DNA of 50,789 nt from a virus. Taxonomy: Duplodnaviria > Caudoviricetes. How positions within the stretch are numbered: the stretch's first letter is position 1; each line of letters starts with the position of its first letter. Positions 1 through 8,120 of the stretch are shown one piece after another. The DNA lies in the IMG/VR virus record IMGVR_UViG_3300037457_000049, positions 1 through 50,789 of that record. One strand, written 5' to 3'. A program made the position numbers and the translations under genes. The notes beneath the pieces were generated by a model, which ran no database searches, was not told the DNA's origin, and saw nothing but the letters and a program-made list of their open reading frames with translations.

Positions 1-13
1 AGAAGGCGGCAGA
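1..13. repeat. 13-bp terminal direct repeat (AGAAGGCGGCAGA), second copy at 50777-50789; circular assembly overlap
   Basis: First and last 13 nt are identical; merging them joins ORF 50371.. in frame to ORF ..638. Confidence 0.85.
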
Positions 14-26
14 CGTTCGGTTCGAC

Positions 27-638
27 GTGCGCCACGGAGACCTGTCGTCAGCCCTGTCGGACATCGAGACCGGCACCATCGATGCCATCATCACCGACCC
101 GCCATACCCGGCTGAACACCTGCCCCTGTACGGAAAACTCGCTGAGCACGCCTCCCTATGGCTGAAGCCAGGCGGGATCTGTGGCGTGATGAGCGGGCAG
201 ACTCACCTGCCCGACGTGATGGCCTTGCTCGCCCAGCACTTGGCCTATCACTGGACGATCGCCTACCTGACGCCTGGTGGCCAGGCCGTCCAGGTGTTTC
301 CACGCAAGGTGAACACGTTCTGGAAGCCGGTCCTGATCTACCGCAACGGCGAGGGCGACGCAGCCGAGTGGTTCGGCGACGTAGCCAAGAGCGACGTCAA
401 CGACAACGACAAACGGTTCCACCACTGGGGGCAGTCCGAGTCGGGCATGGCTGACCTGGTGAAGCGGCTCACCCGACCAGGAGACACGATCCTCGATCCG
501 TTCATGGGTGCCGGCACCACCGGAGTTGCAGCACTCGCACTCGGCCGGTCGTTCATCGGCTGTGACGTCAATGCCGACCACGTTAGCGACGCCCGGGAAC
601 GGCTGGAGCAGACCGTGCTCGAAAGGCTTGGTGTTTAA
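27..638 (+). CDS. Beta-class N6A/N4C DNA methyltransferase domain; C-terminal part of a gene starting at 50371
   Basis: Motif IV ITDPPY precedes motif I ILDPFMGAGTTG; frame is open back to the window start. Confidence 0.9.
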   Translation: MRHGDLSSALSDIETGTIDAIITDPPYPAEHLPLYGKLAEHASLWLKPGGICGVMSGQTHLPDVMALLAQHLAYHWTIAYLTPGGQAVQVFPRKVNTFWKPVLIYRNGEGDAAEWFGDVAKSDVNDNDKRFHHWGQSESGMADLVKRLTRPGDTILDPFMGAGTTGVAALALGRSFIGCDVNADHVSDARERLEQTVLERLGV

Positions 639-1167
639 CGTGAACCCGGGAGGGCGAGGGTCGAGGTCTTGGCGGCGGGTCAGCCGGGACGACCGGATCA
701 GGTACGACCGGATGTTGTCAGAGCGGCATCAGGACTTCTGGGGAGATGACTGCCCGGCGGTCGACCTGGACTTCCTCATGTGCGAATACAACCACGGCAT
801 CGCGGTCGTCATCGTCGACTACAAGCACCACTCGGCGAACCTGGCCAAGACGAACTCCGCCACCTACAGCACGTTGTCCGAGCTGTACGGACCCAACGGT
901 CGGCAACTGCCGTTCTTCGTTGCCCGCTACTGGCCAGACATCTGGGCGTTCAGGCTGCTAGCCGTCAACGACGCTGCCAAGAAGGCCGGCGAGCGGATCA
1001 TCCCGCCGCGGGTCGCGTTCGATCCCAACGGTCAGACCGACATGACTGAGCAGTGGTACGTCCGCTTTCTGTACCTCCTTCGGAAGGAGGCCCTCACTGC
1101 CGGAGACAACCGCACGATCGGCCGGCTGAACAATGAGATGCCCCCGGCCGAGGAGGAGTCGCCATGA
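631..1167 (+). CDS. Putative PD-(D/E)xK-fold nuclease-like protein
   Basis: CPAVDLDFL..EY..VIVDYK resembles the D...(D/E)xK catalytic pattern; GTG 631 overlaps the MTase stop (ATG 712 is an alternative). Confidence 0.55.
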   Translation: MFNVNPGGRGSRSWRRVSRDDRIRYDRMLSERHQDFWGDDCPAVDLDFLMCEYNHGIAVVIVDYKHHSANLAKTNSATYSTLSELYGPNGRQLPFFVARYWPDIWAFRLLAVNDAAKKAGERIIPPRVAFDPNGQTDMTEQWYVRFLYLLRKEALTAGDNRTIGRLNNEMPPAEEESP

Positions 1168-1415
1168 CCCGCCCCGGCTCGCGTGAGCACGCCCGGCAAC
1201 CCACCCAACGGACCCCCGCCGGCTACACCACCGACGCCATCCCACCCCCAGACCTGCCCGTGCTCGTCTGCTGGTGCGGCGGCCGGTACCGCGACCACCC
1301 CGCCAGCGAAGCCGCCCACCGGGCGGTGTTCGGACACAACCCCATCCGGAAGCCCGCACCCCCAGCCGGGGAAAGCGCACCGGAGCAACACCACGAGGAA
1401 GGAGCATCGGCCTAG
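1164..1415 (+). CDS. Hypothetical protein (CWC...H motif)
   Basis: RBS GAGGAG, ATGA overlap with upstream gene, stop overlaps next start. Confidence 0.65.
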   Translation: MTRPGSREHARQPTQRTPAGYTTDAIPPPDLPVLVCWCGGRYRDHPASEAAHRAVFGHNPIRKPAPPAGESAPEQHHEEGASA

Positions 1416-2203
1416 TGCCATGGTTCCTGGTGGACGACCGATTCCACTCCCATCCCAAAGCGGCAGCCGCGTCGTTGGCCGCGCTCGGGCTGTGGACAGT
1501 GGCAGGGTCATGGGCTCGCGACCACCTGCAAGACGGTGAGATCCCCGAGCACATGATCCCGTCGCTGTCGCGTGGCGCGACCGGACTAGCGGACGAGCTG
1601 GTGTCATGCGGGCTGTGGAGGAGGACGAAGGCGGGCTACCGGTACCACCAATGGACGGCCGACGGGGACGGGTCGCCCCGCAACACGACCCGATCGGAAG
1701 CGATCGCGCAACGCCAACGCAAGTCATCGGGGGGTGCCCTCGGCAACCATCGGAGGTGGCACGCCGCCCGCGGGGTCAACGTGGACGACTGTGCCTACTG
1801 CCAGCCTAAACGTGGCTCACCTACCGATCGGACCACCGATCGGTCTACCGATAGGGGTAGCGATCGGACTCCGAATCCCCCTGTACCTGTACCTGTACCT
1901 GGTCCTAACGGTGGTAAAGGTGGGGGAAAAAGCTCACCCACCCCGGCCGTCCACAGCCCACCGACCCCCCCTGTGGACAACCAACCCCGGCAACCCCCGC
2001 CGCGGCACTGTCCGCGGCACCCGGACGGCACAACCCGCAACTGCGGACCCTGCAAGGACGCCCGGCTGGCGTGGTTGGCGTGGGAGGCCGAACGCGCCGC
2101 ACGGTGGCAGACCGCGGCCACGTGTCCCGAACACCCCGCCCAACTCGCCGACCACTGCTCGGCCTGCCGCTCCGAGCGGCTGGCCAGGAAGGACCCACCA
2201 TGA
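1415..2203 (+). CDS. Phage replication initiator-like protein (N-terminal winged HTH, C-terminal Cys/His motifs)
   Basis: N-terminus PWFLVDDRFHSHPK...ALGLW...SW...DG is typical of actinophage initiators; RBS GGAAGGAG; internal iteron-like repeats. Confidence 0.7.
   Translation: MPWFLVDDRFHSHPKAAAASLAALGLWTVAGSWARDHLQDGEIPEHMIPSLSRGATGLADELVSCGLWRRTKAGYRYHQWTADGDGSPRNTTRSEAIAQRQRKSSGGALGNHRRWHAARGVNVDDCAYCQPKRGSPTDRTTDRSTDRGSDRTPNPPVPVPVPGPNGGKGGGKSSPTPAVHSPPTPPVDNQPRQPPPRHCPRHPDGTTRNCGPCKDARLAWLAWEAERAARWQTAATCPEHPAQLADHCSACRSERLARKDPP
1820..1906 (+). repeat. Iteron-like repeats, probable replication origin
   Basis: Four tandem 12-mers (CCTACCGATCGG, ACCACCGATCGG, TCTACCGATAGG, GGTAGCGATCGG; 1820-1867), then CCTGTA x3 from 1880. 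Confidence 0.65.
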
Positions 2204-2568
2204 CCACCCACCAGCCACCCGACTGGACCCCACCGACCAAGGACCTGCCGCACGCGCCACCGCCCATCGTCAACCTGGTCGCGGAGAAGCCAAGGTGCCC
2301 CGCGGCCACCGCCGACGGCTCGTGCCGCTGGCCGCTGTCCGCCGGCCCGTGCCCGTGGCACCTGGACGCTGGGCACCTCGACGCCGACCGCCGGGCCGAT
2401 GCGCTCGACGCCGTGTGGATCGCCCGTTACCCGGACTGCTCGGCGCTGGCCGCGTTCGCCACCGAGATTGACGCCCTGCGGCACGCCGTGAAGCACAGCA
2501 TGGAAGTGGTGCGCGTGCCGTGGGGCGAAGACATCCGCGCCTACCAGCCAGGAAGGACCACCCGATGA
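2200..2568 (+). CDS. Hypothetical protein
   Basis: RBS AGGAAGGA, ATGA overlaps at both ends; C-x7-C-x7-CxxH motif. Confidence 0.7.
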   Translation: MTTHQPPDWTPPTKDLPHAPPPIVNLVAEKPRCPAATADGSCRWPLSAGPCPWHLDAGHLDADRRADALDAVWIARYPDCSALAAFATEIDALRHAVKHSMEVVRVPWGEDIRAYQPGRTTR

Positions 2569-4661
2569 CCGCCACCCACCCGACTGCCGGCTGGCGGGAC
2601 GACCCCGACGTGCTCAGCTGGGACTGGCGGCACCAGCCCGACATGGGTGAGCTGGCGCTGCTGCTGGCCCGCCATGGTGTCCGCCTGACGGAGCTGGACA
2701 CCGGCAGCGACCAGTTCGCCATCCGGATCACCACCGACCCGACCCCGCAGCCGGCCACGCACGCGTCCGGCCCGCTCGCCGGCCAGCCGGTGACCCCGAC
2801 CCCTGTCGAACAGTTGGTGGAGCACATCGCCCACCACCGTCCCCCCGGCCGGCCGGTTGTCGACTGCCAGTGGTGTCCGGAGCCGGAGCCCGAGCGGGTG
2901 CCCGTGGTGGTGCTGGAGGATGCGCTGTGCCGCCGTGTGTGGGCCGGCGCGCTGCGGTGGGCCGCGCCGCCCGGCATGGTGGGCAACCTGCCCGACCACA
3001 TCCGCCGGTGGGCTAACCAGATCGAGGCCGGCCAGCTCACCCCGTGGGCCGGCCAGCCGGAGCCGCCCGCCGCGCCCGCCCAGCCGGCCCAGGACGATCC
3101 GCGCGACTACTACCCGATGCATGACCACGGGTACGGCCGCCACTCCCACCACGTTGCCCAGAAACATGCTGGCGACGTGGCCAACCCGCGAGCAAACGAC
3201 CACAGCGGCCTGCCGCGCGTCACCCAGCAGGAGGCCTACCAGCCAGCCGCCGGCCCCACCCCGGGCCAAGCGGACTTGGCGTCAGGGGGTGACGCGCAAA
3301 GTGAACCGGCGGTTCCGTTGGCGCCAGCGCCCACCGGCGCGGCCATCCTGGGCCGGGCGCTGCTGGGTGCGCGCGTCTGGCGCTGCCCGGTCGCCCACCC
3401 GGCGCACGGCCAGTGCGAGCTGTACCAGGGCCACCGGCCCGCCGGCGACCCGGACCGTCGGCACCGCACCGGCGCGCTGTCTTGGTTGACCGACGCGGAG
3501 ATCCAGGCGTGCGGGCTGCCGCCGCTGGCCTCCTACGCCGGCACGGACTTACAATCCGGGCCGGCAAATGCAAGCGCGGAGTCGGCCGCTACGGCTAATT
3601 TGGCCACCGCTAGCCACGGATTAGCCACCCCCGCCCCGGAGTCGGCCGGTGGCCCCGGATGGGACCGGAAGACGATCGTCGCGCTCGCCGCCGGGTTGGC
3701 CGGTGAGGTGCTGGATGCCGAGCTGATCAGCCCGGAACGGGGCCGGGAGCTGAGGGATCAGGTGCTGGCCCTGCTCGCCGACTTGGACCTGTACGTCGGG
3801 GCGCTGGATACCCGCTCCACCCAGCTCTACGATGCGTTGGCCGAGCGGGACGCCGCCCGCGCCGAGCTGGAGGCTGCCCAGCGCATCCTGGGGCACGGGG
3901 TGCGCGTCGAGAAGATGCTGGAGGGCGAGCGGGACGCCGCCCGCGCCGAGCTGGCCGTGGTGTCCGCCGACCTAGTCCGATTCACCAAGACCGCCCTGGC
4001 GTGGGCGGATGAGGGCTGCCGCTTCGAGGTGCAGCGCGACCAGGCCCAGCGCGAGGTGGCCCGGTTGGAGGAGGAGCTGGTCGGTGTCCGCAGCGAATGC
4101 GACCGGCTACGCGACGCGCTCACCAACTCCCGCGCGGCGGCATCGGACCGCAAGGCCGACGCGGACAAGATCGCGCACGACCTGATCACTGAGCGGAACC
4201 AGGCCGTGCGCGATGTGCACGCGGTGAACGAGGCGCTCCGCGCAGCCACCGCTGAGCAGGCCACCGCCCGCGAGGAGGTCGACCAGACACGGCTGCAAGC
4301 GGCCGAGGCGCGCACCGTCGCCGACAGCTACGCCGAGCAGCTGGACGCCGCCCGCGCCGAACTGGCCCGTGTCGCTGGCAGTCTCGCAAACCGGGACGCA
4401 ACCCTGGCGGCGCGTACGGCTCAGTTGAACGCCGTGCGCGAGCAACTGGCCGAGGTGACCGAGTCCGAGATCCGGGCACGCGCCGAGCTGGCCACCGCCC
4501 GCCGGGACGCCGCAGCCGACACGCTGAAGTGGCTCGGCGACGGTCGAGCCGGCGTACCGCTCAACTCCGGCGCCATACGCACACTGGCCGCCGAGGTCCG
4601 CGCCGGCACCCGCCCCGTCCCTGGCAGCCCGGAGCCGGACGGAGGTGGCGACGATGGCTGA
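2565..4661 (+). CDS. Large mosaic protein with C-terminal coiled coil
   Basis: 698-aa ORF with RBS; ERDAARAEL heptad repeats (29-bp direct repeat 3842-3870/3926-3954). Confidence 0.7.
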   Translation: MTATHPTAGWRDDPDVLSWDWRHQPDMGELALLLARHGVRLTELDTGSDQFAIRITTDPTPQPATHASGPLAGQPVTPTPVEQLVEHIAHHRPPGRPVVDCQWCPEPEPERVPVVVLEDALCRRVWAGALRWAAPPGMVGNLPDHIRRWANQIEAGQLTPWAGQPEPPAAPAQPAQDDPRDYYPMHDHGYGRHSHHVAQKHAGDVANPRANDHSGLPRVTQQEAYQPAAGPTPGQADLASGGDAQSEPAVPLAPAPTGAAILGRALLGARVWRCPVAHPAHGQCELYQGHRPAGDPDRRHRTGALSWLTDAEIQACGLPPLASYAGTDLQSGPANASAESAATANLATASHGLATPAPESAGGPGWDRKTIVALAAGLAGEVLDAELISPERGRELRDQVLALLADLDLYVGALDTRSTQLYDALAERDAARAELEAAQRILGHGVRVEKMLEGERDAARAELAVVSADLVRFTKTALAWADEGCRFEVQRDQAQREVARLEEELVGVRSECDRLRDALTNSRAAASDRKADADKIAHDLITERNQAVRDVHAVNEALRAATAEQATAREEVDQTRLQAAEARTVADSYAEQLDAARAELARVAGSLANRDATLAARTAQLNAVREQLAEVTESEIRARAELATARRDAAADTLKWLGDGRAGVPLNSGAIRTLAAEVRAGTRPVPGSPEPDGGGDDG

Positions 4662-5487
4662 CCGGCAGCACGTTGTCATGCTTTCCGGTGGCATCACCAG
4701 CTGGGCCGCCGCCCGGCGGGTCGCCGACCAGCACGGCACCGACCATCTGACGCTGCTGTTCGCCGACACGCTGGTAGAGGACCCGGACCTGTACCGCTTC
4801 TTGCGCGACTGCGAGCGTGACCTGCACGTGCCGGTCACCCGCGTCGCCGACGGTCGCACCCCGGCCCAGGTTGACGCTGATCGTCGCTGGCTGTCGAACA
4901 GCCGCACCGCGCAATGCTCGCTGGAACTCAAGATCAAGCCCTGCCGGGCCTGGCTCACCAAGCACACCGACCCCGCCGACACCACCATCTACGTCGGCAT
5001 CGAGTGGACCAGCTCCGACGCCGGCCGGCTGCCCGCCATCCGCAAAGGTTGGCAGCCGTGGCCGGTCGAGGCGCCGCTGCTCGACCCGCCGTACATCGGC
5101 AAGGAGGGCTGGATCGCGGAGGCGCGGCGCCGGGGCATCACCGAACCCCGGCTGTACGCGCTCGGGTTCGAGCACAACAACTGTGGGGGCGCCTGCGTCC
5201 GAGGCGGCCAGGCGCAGTGGGCGCACCTGTTGCGGGTGTTCCCGGATCGGTTTGCCGCTGCGGAGGCGCACGAGCAGCGGATGCGGTCCACGCTCGGCGC
5301 CAACGTGTCGATCCTGCGCGACCGCACCGGCGGTACCACCGCACCGCTGACCCTCACCGCGCTGCGGCACCGGATCGAGACCGATCCGCAGGTGGCAATC
5401 GGCGGTCTGGACTGGGGCGGGTGTGGTTGCTTCGCCGGCAGCCCGGAGCCGGCCCCAGCCGGCGGAGAGGAGCCCAGCGATGGCTAG
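4654..5487 (+). CDS. PAPS-reductase-like (adenine nucleotide alpha-hydrolase fold) protein
   Basis: PP-loop-like VVMLSGGITS, LLFADT..ED.DLYRFL, CS.ELK, HNNCGGACV, terminal GGCGCF; RBS GGAGGTGG. Confidence 0.8.
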   Translation: MADRQHVVMLSGGITSWAAARRVADQHGTDHLTLLFADTLVEDPDLYRFLRDCERDLHVPVTRVADGRTPAQVDADRRWLSNSRTAQCSLELKIKPCRAWLTKHTDPADTTIYVGIEWTSSDAGRLPAIRKGWQPWPVEAPLLDPPYIGKEGWIAEARRRGITEPRLYALGFEHNNCGGACVRGGQAQWAHLLRVFPDRFAAAEAHEQRMRSTLGANVSILRDRTGGTTAPLTLTALRHRIETDPQVAIGGLDWGGCGCFAGSPEPAPAGGEEPSDG

Positions 5488-5764
5488 CCGCACTGAGCGG
5501 AGATGGCCACCTGTCCAGCCGTTCGACGGCCAGCCGCCACCGGTGAAGCCCGGCGATCAGGTGGAGATCCGCGACGCTCACGGTAAGTGGTGGCCAGCGG
5601 TCGCCGTGAGCAAGCCACGGTACGACTTCGACCGGGGCATCCCGCCCCGGACGCACCTGACCGTTGCGGTGGACGGCCGTCCGCCCTTCCGGTGGGCCGG
5701 TCCGGTGAACTGGCCGGCTGAGCATGTGCGACCAGCGAGTGGAGAGGAGCCCAGCGATGCCTGA
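5480..5764 (+). CDS. Hypothetical protein (SH3/Tudor-like pattern)
   Basis: VKPGDQVEIRDAHGKWWPAV; RBS GAGGAG; coupled to neighbours. Confidence 0.65.
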   Translation: MASRTERRWPPVQPFDGQPPPVKPGDQVEIRDAHGKWWPAVAVSKPRYDFDRGIPPRTHLTVAVDGRPPFRWAGPVNWPAEHVRPASGEEPSDA

Positions 5765-6212
5765 CTGGTTGTGGCGATGGCTGCCGCTACAGTGGCGCTC
5801 AATCCGGTCCCATGGCCTGGACTACAACGCGGCCGGCGCCGAGGGGTACGTGTGCGTCTACCGGGGCCGGTGGCGCCGGCCGTTTGAGGTGGTGGCGTCA
5901 CGCGCCGAGATGCTGACACTCGCCGCCTGGATCCGCGACAGGGAGCAGTCCAGCATGGCTACCGCCCCGACCACGTGGGAGCTTCCGGCCGAGCCCGGCC
6001 CGGAGGTGGTTGCGGTGGACGACGGGCACGGCTGCCGGTGGGAGCGGGACGTGCCCGGCCACTGGCGGCTGGTGTGGCAGCCGCCGGCCCTGGGTGGCCG
6101 GCGTGCGTGGCACCCGGTCCTGTGCGTCAAGCCGTGGCGGTCGCTGCTGGCCGACCACAGCCCGCTGTCCGCCGCCCCACCCGAGTCCCCGGAGGTGCCC
6201 GATGCCGGCTGA
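5757..6212 (+). CDS. Hypothetical protein
   Basis: RBS GAGGAG; overlaps both neighbours. Confidence 0.6.
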   Translation: MPDWLWRWLPLQWRSIRSHGLDYNAAGAEGYVCVYRGRWRRPFEVVASRAEMLTLAAWIRDREQSSMATAPTTWELPAEPGPEVVAVDDGHGCRWERDVPGHWRLVWQPPALGGRRAWHPVLCVKPWRSLLADHSPLSAAPPESPEVPDAG

Positions 6213-6498
6213 CCGCTACGCCCCGGCCACCGTGGAGCTGGTGGTCGAGGCGCTCACGCCGGGGCGAAACGCCGACCGCGACTACTACCGGCGTCAGGCC
6301 GTGGCGGTGCTGGACGCGCTCACCGCCGCCGGCTGGCGACCACCCCCGCCGGCACCGGACGGCATCCACTGGCGCACCGGCGGCAGCGTCGGGTGCACCA
6401 TCTACGGCCCGTATGGAGACCTGGCCGGGATGATGCGCACCCCCGAGGCCGCCGCGGCCGTGGTGCGGGAACTGAACGCGCGGGCCGACCATGGCTGA
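6202..6498 (+). CDS. Hypothetical protein
   Basis: RBS GGAGGTG; overlaps both neighbours. Confidence 0.65.
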   Translation: MPADRYAPATVELVVEALTPGRNADRDYYRRQAVAVLDALTAAGWRPPPPAPDGIHWRTGGSVGCTIYGPYGDLAGMMRTPEAAAAVVRELNARADHG

Positions 6499-7363
6499 GT
6501 GCGCCGTCTGCGGCAAGCCGGTCCCCGACGTGGCCTACGTCGGCGCCGAGTGCGAACGCGACCTGGCCGGCCGGCTCCGCGACACGGCCGACCTGTGGCC
6601 CGAACTGCTCACCACCGCCGCCGGCCAGGCCCGCATGGCCGACCCGGGACCACGAGCACGTGGGCTGGCACCACCGGAGCCGATCCGCCCCGACATCGGC
6701 GGCGCCGACCAACAGCCAGGCCCGCCCACCGGCCTACCGTTCCGCTGGCACGCCGCGGAGGTGGCCGACGCGGTCCGCAACACGGTGACCACCTGGTCCC
6801 GGTTGGTGCTGGAGGAGCGGCACGGACCATGGCCGGATGCGACTGTCCCGACTAGGTCCACGTCGGCATGGATGCGCTGGCTGGCCGGCCAGCTCGGCTG
6901 GTGCCGCTACCAGCGCTGGGCGGCCGAGTGCTGGGATGAACTGGGCTACGCCTGCTCCCGCATCACCCCGGCCGTCGACCGGCCACTACCCCGACTGGAC
7001 GCCGGGCTGTGCATGGCCGAGCTCGAGGACGGCACACACTGCCCCCAGCGGCTCTCAGCGCCACCAGGAGCCCGGCTCATCCACTGCCCCGGCTGCGGAG
7101 GCCACTGGGACGCGACGGACCGCTCCACGGTCATCCTGGCCGCGGCAGAGCACGTCCTGGGGACCGCGGCCGAACTGTCGGCGTGGCTGAACATCCACGG
7201 CCACCCCACACAAGCCGCCACCGTGCGCCGCTGGGCGATGCGCCGCCAACTCCAGCAAGGCGGTGCCGACCGGAACGGCAACCCCACCTACCCGTTCGGC
7301 CGGGCCATGCAGCTACGCACACAGCTCTGGGGACGGCGCGGTCCTAGCAGGTCAGCGGCATGA
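6491..7363 (+). CDS. Zn-finger + C-terminal HTH protein, probable late-gene regulator
   Basis: CAVC, C..C/CPGC motifs, AAELSAWL...QAATVRRWA HTH; last early gene before HNH/terminase. Confidence 0.7.
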   Translation: MAECAVCGKPVPDVAYVGAECERDLAGRLRDTADLWPELLTTAAGQARMADPGPRARGLAPPEPIRPDIGGADQQPGPPTGLPFRWHAAEVADAVRNTVTTWSRLVLEERHGPWPDATVPTRSTSAWMRWLAGQLGWCRYQRWAAECWDELGYACSRITPAVDRPLPRLDAGLCMAELEDGTHCPQRLSAPPGARLIHCPGCGGHWDATDRSTVILAAAEHVLGTAAELSAWLNIHGHPTQAATVRRWAMRRQLQQGGADRNGNPTYPFGRAMQLRTQLWGRRGPSRSAA

Positions 7364-7366
7364 TCG

Positions 7367-7375
7367 TGCTATCGT
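7367..7375 (+). promoter_or_regulatory. Candidate extended -10 (TGcTATCGT), possible late promoter
   Basis: TGnTAnnnT immediately after the putative regulator gene. Confidence 0.35.
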
Positions 7376-7409
7376 CACGCAAAAGTGCCAGTGGACGAGG
7401 TGTGTCCTG

Positions 7410-7661
7410 ATGAGTGGAGTCCCCACCCAGCCCGAGGTACGGCAGTACCTGCTCTCCCGCCACGCACCAGCCAGATGGGCCGACTTCCTCGACGGCCTGC
7501 CCTGGCGCTACATGCGCCCGCTGGTGACCATCGCCATCAACTCCCACACCCACCCGGCCCTAGCCCTGGGTGCTGCCATCGCCCACTCGGGCGACCAGGA
7601 GTTCCGGCAGGTCGGCACCGCCCACCTGGCACGCAAAGCCCCGGCCGATGGCACGGACTAG
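7410..7661 (+). CDS. Hypothetical protein
   Basis: RBS GAGGTG, ATG 7410, overlaps the HNH start. Confidence 0.55.
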   Translation: MSGVPTQPEVRQYLLSRHAPARWADFLDGLPWRYMRPLVTIAINSHTHPALALGAAIAHSGDQEFRQVGTAHLARKAPADGTD

Positions 7662-7944
7662 CGACAGTGGCTACGGGTGGGAGCACCAGCAGCTACGGGA
7701 GTCGTGGCGCCCGGCGGTGGAGGCCGGGCAGGTGGACTGTGCCCGCTGTGGTGAGCCCATCTTCCCCGGCGCGCTGTGGGATCTCGGCCACGACGACCAC
7801 GACCGCACCATCTACCGCGGGCCGGAGCATCGTGCGTGCAACCGCGGCGCGAGCGCGCGCGCGCTGAACAACTCGCGCCGCCAGCGCGAGCTGTGCTGGT
7901 GCGTCGGCGGGTGCCTGGTCCACGAACCGGCCGACGCAATCTGA
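7648..7944 (+). CDS. HNH endonuclease (terminase-associated)
   Basis: GYGWEHQ, CARC, WDLGHDD, GPEHRACNR; immediately upstream of the terminase genes. Confidence 0.85.
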   Translation: MARTSDSGYGWEHQQLRESWRPAVEAGQVDCARCGEPIFPGALWDLGHDDHDRTIYRGPEHRACNRGASARALNNSRRQRELCWCVGGCLVHEPADAI

Positions 7945-8120
7945 CAACCCGGACAGTCCGGACATTTTTAGAACAGACATATGCTGACATCGCGCGCTAT
8001 CGGGAAGTTTTATTTACCGGGTGGGGGTATCCGGGACAGCAGGTCGCGGGTCCGCGAAGTGGCCGGCTGCATTCATGGATTTCACTGGCTATTATGGACG
8101 GTTCGTGGTAGGATGAGGCC
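7945..8120. other. Probable cos / packaging-initiation region
   Basis: AT-richer gap between HNH and TerS, with T-tracts (ATTTTTAG, GTTTTATTT) flanking TGACATCGCGCGCT; expected position for HK97-type cos phages. Confidence 0.5.

Noticed and set aside
1-13. Physical terminal repeat of the virion DNA
   Set aside because: It falls mid-gene; HNH and HK97-type head genes point to cos ends near 7945-8120, so it is more likely an assembly overlap.
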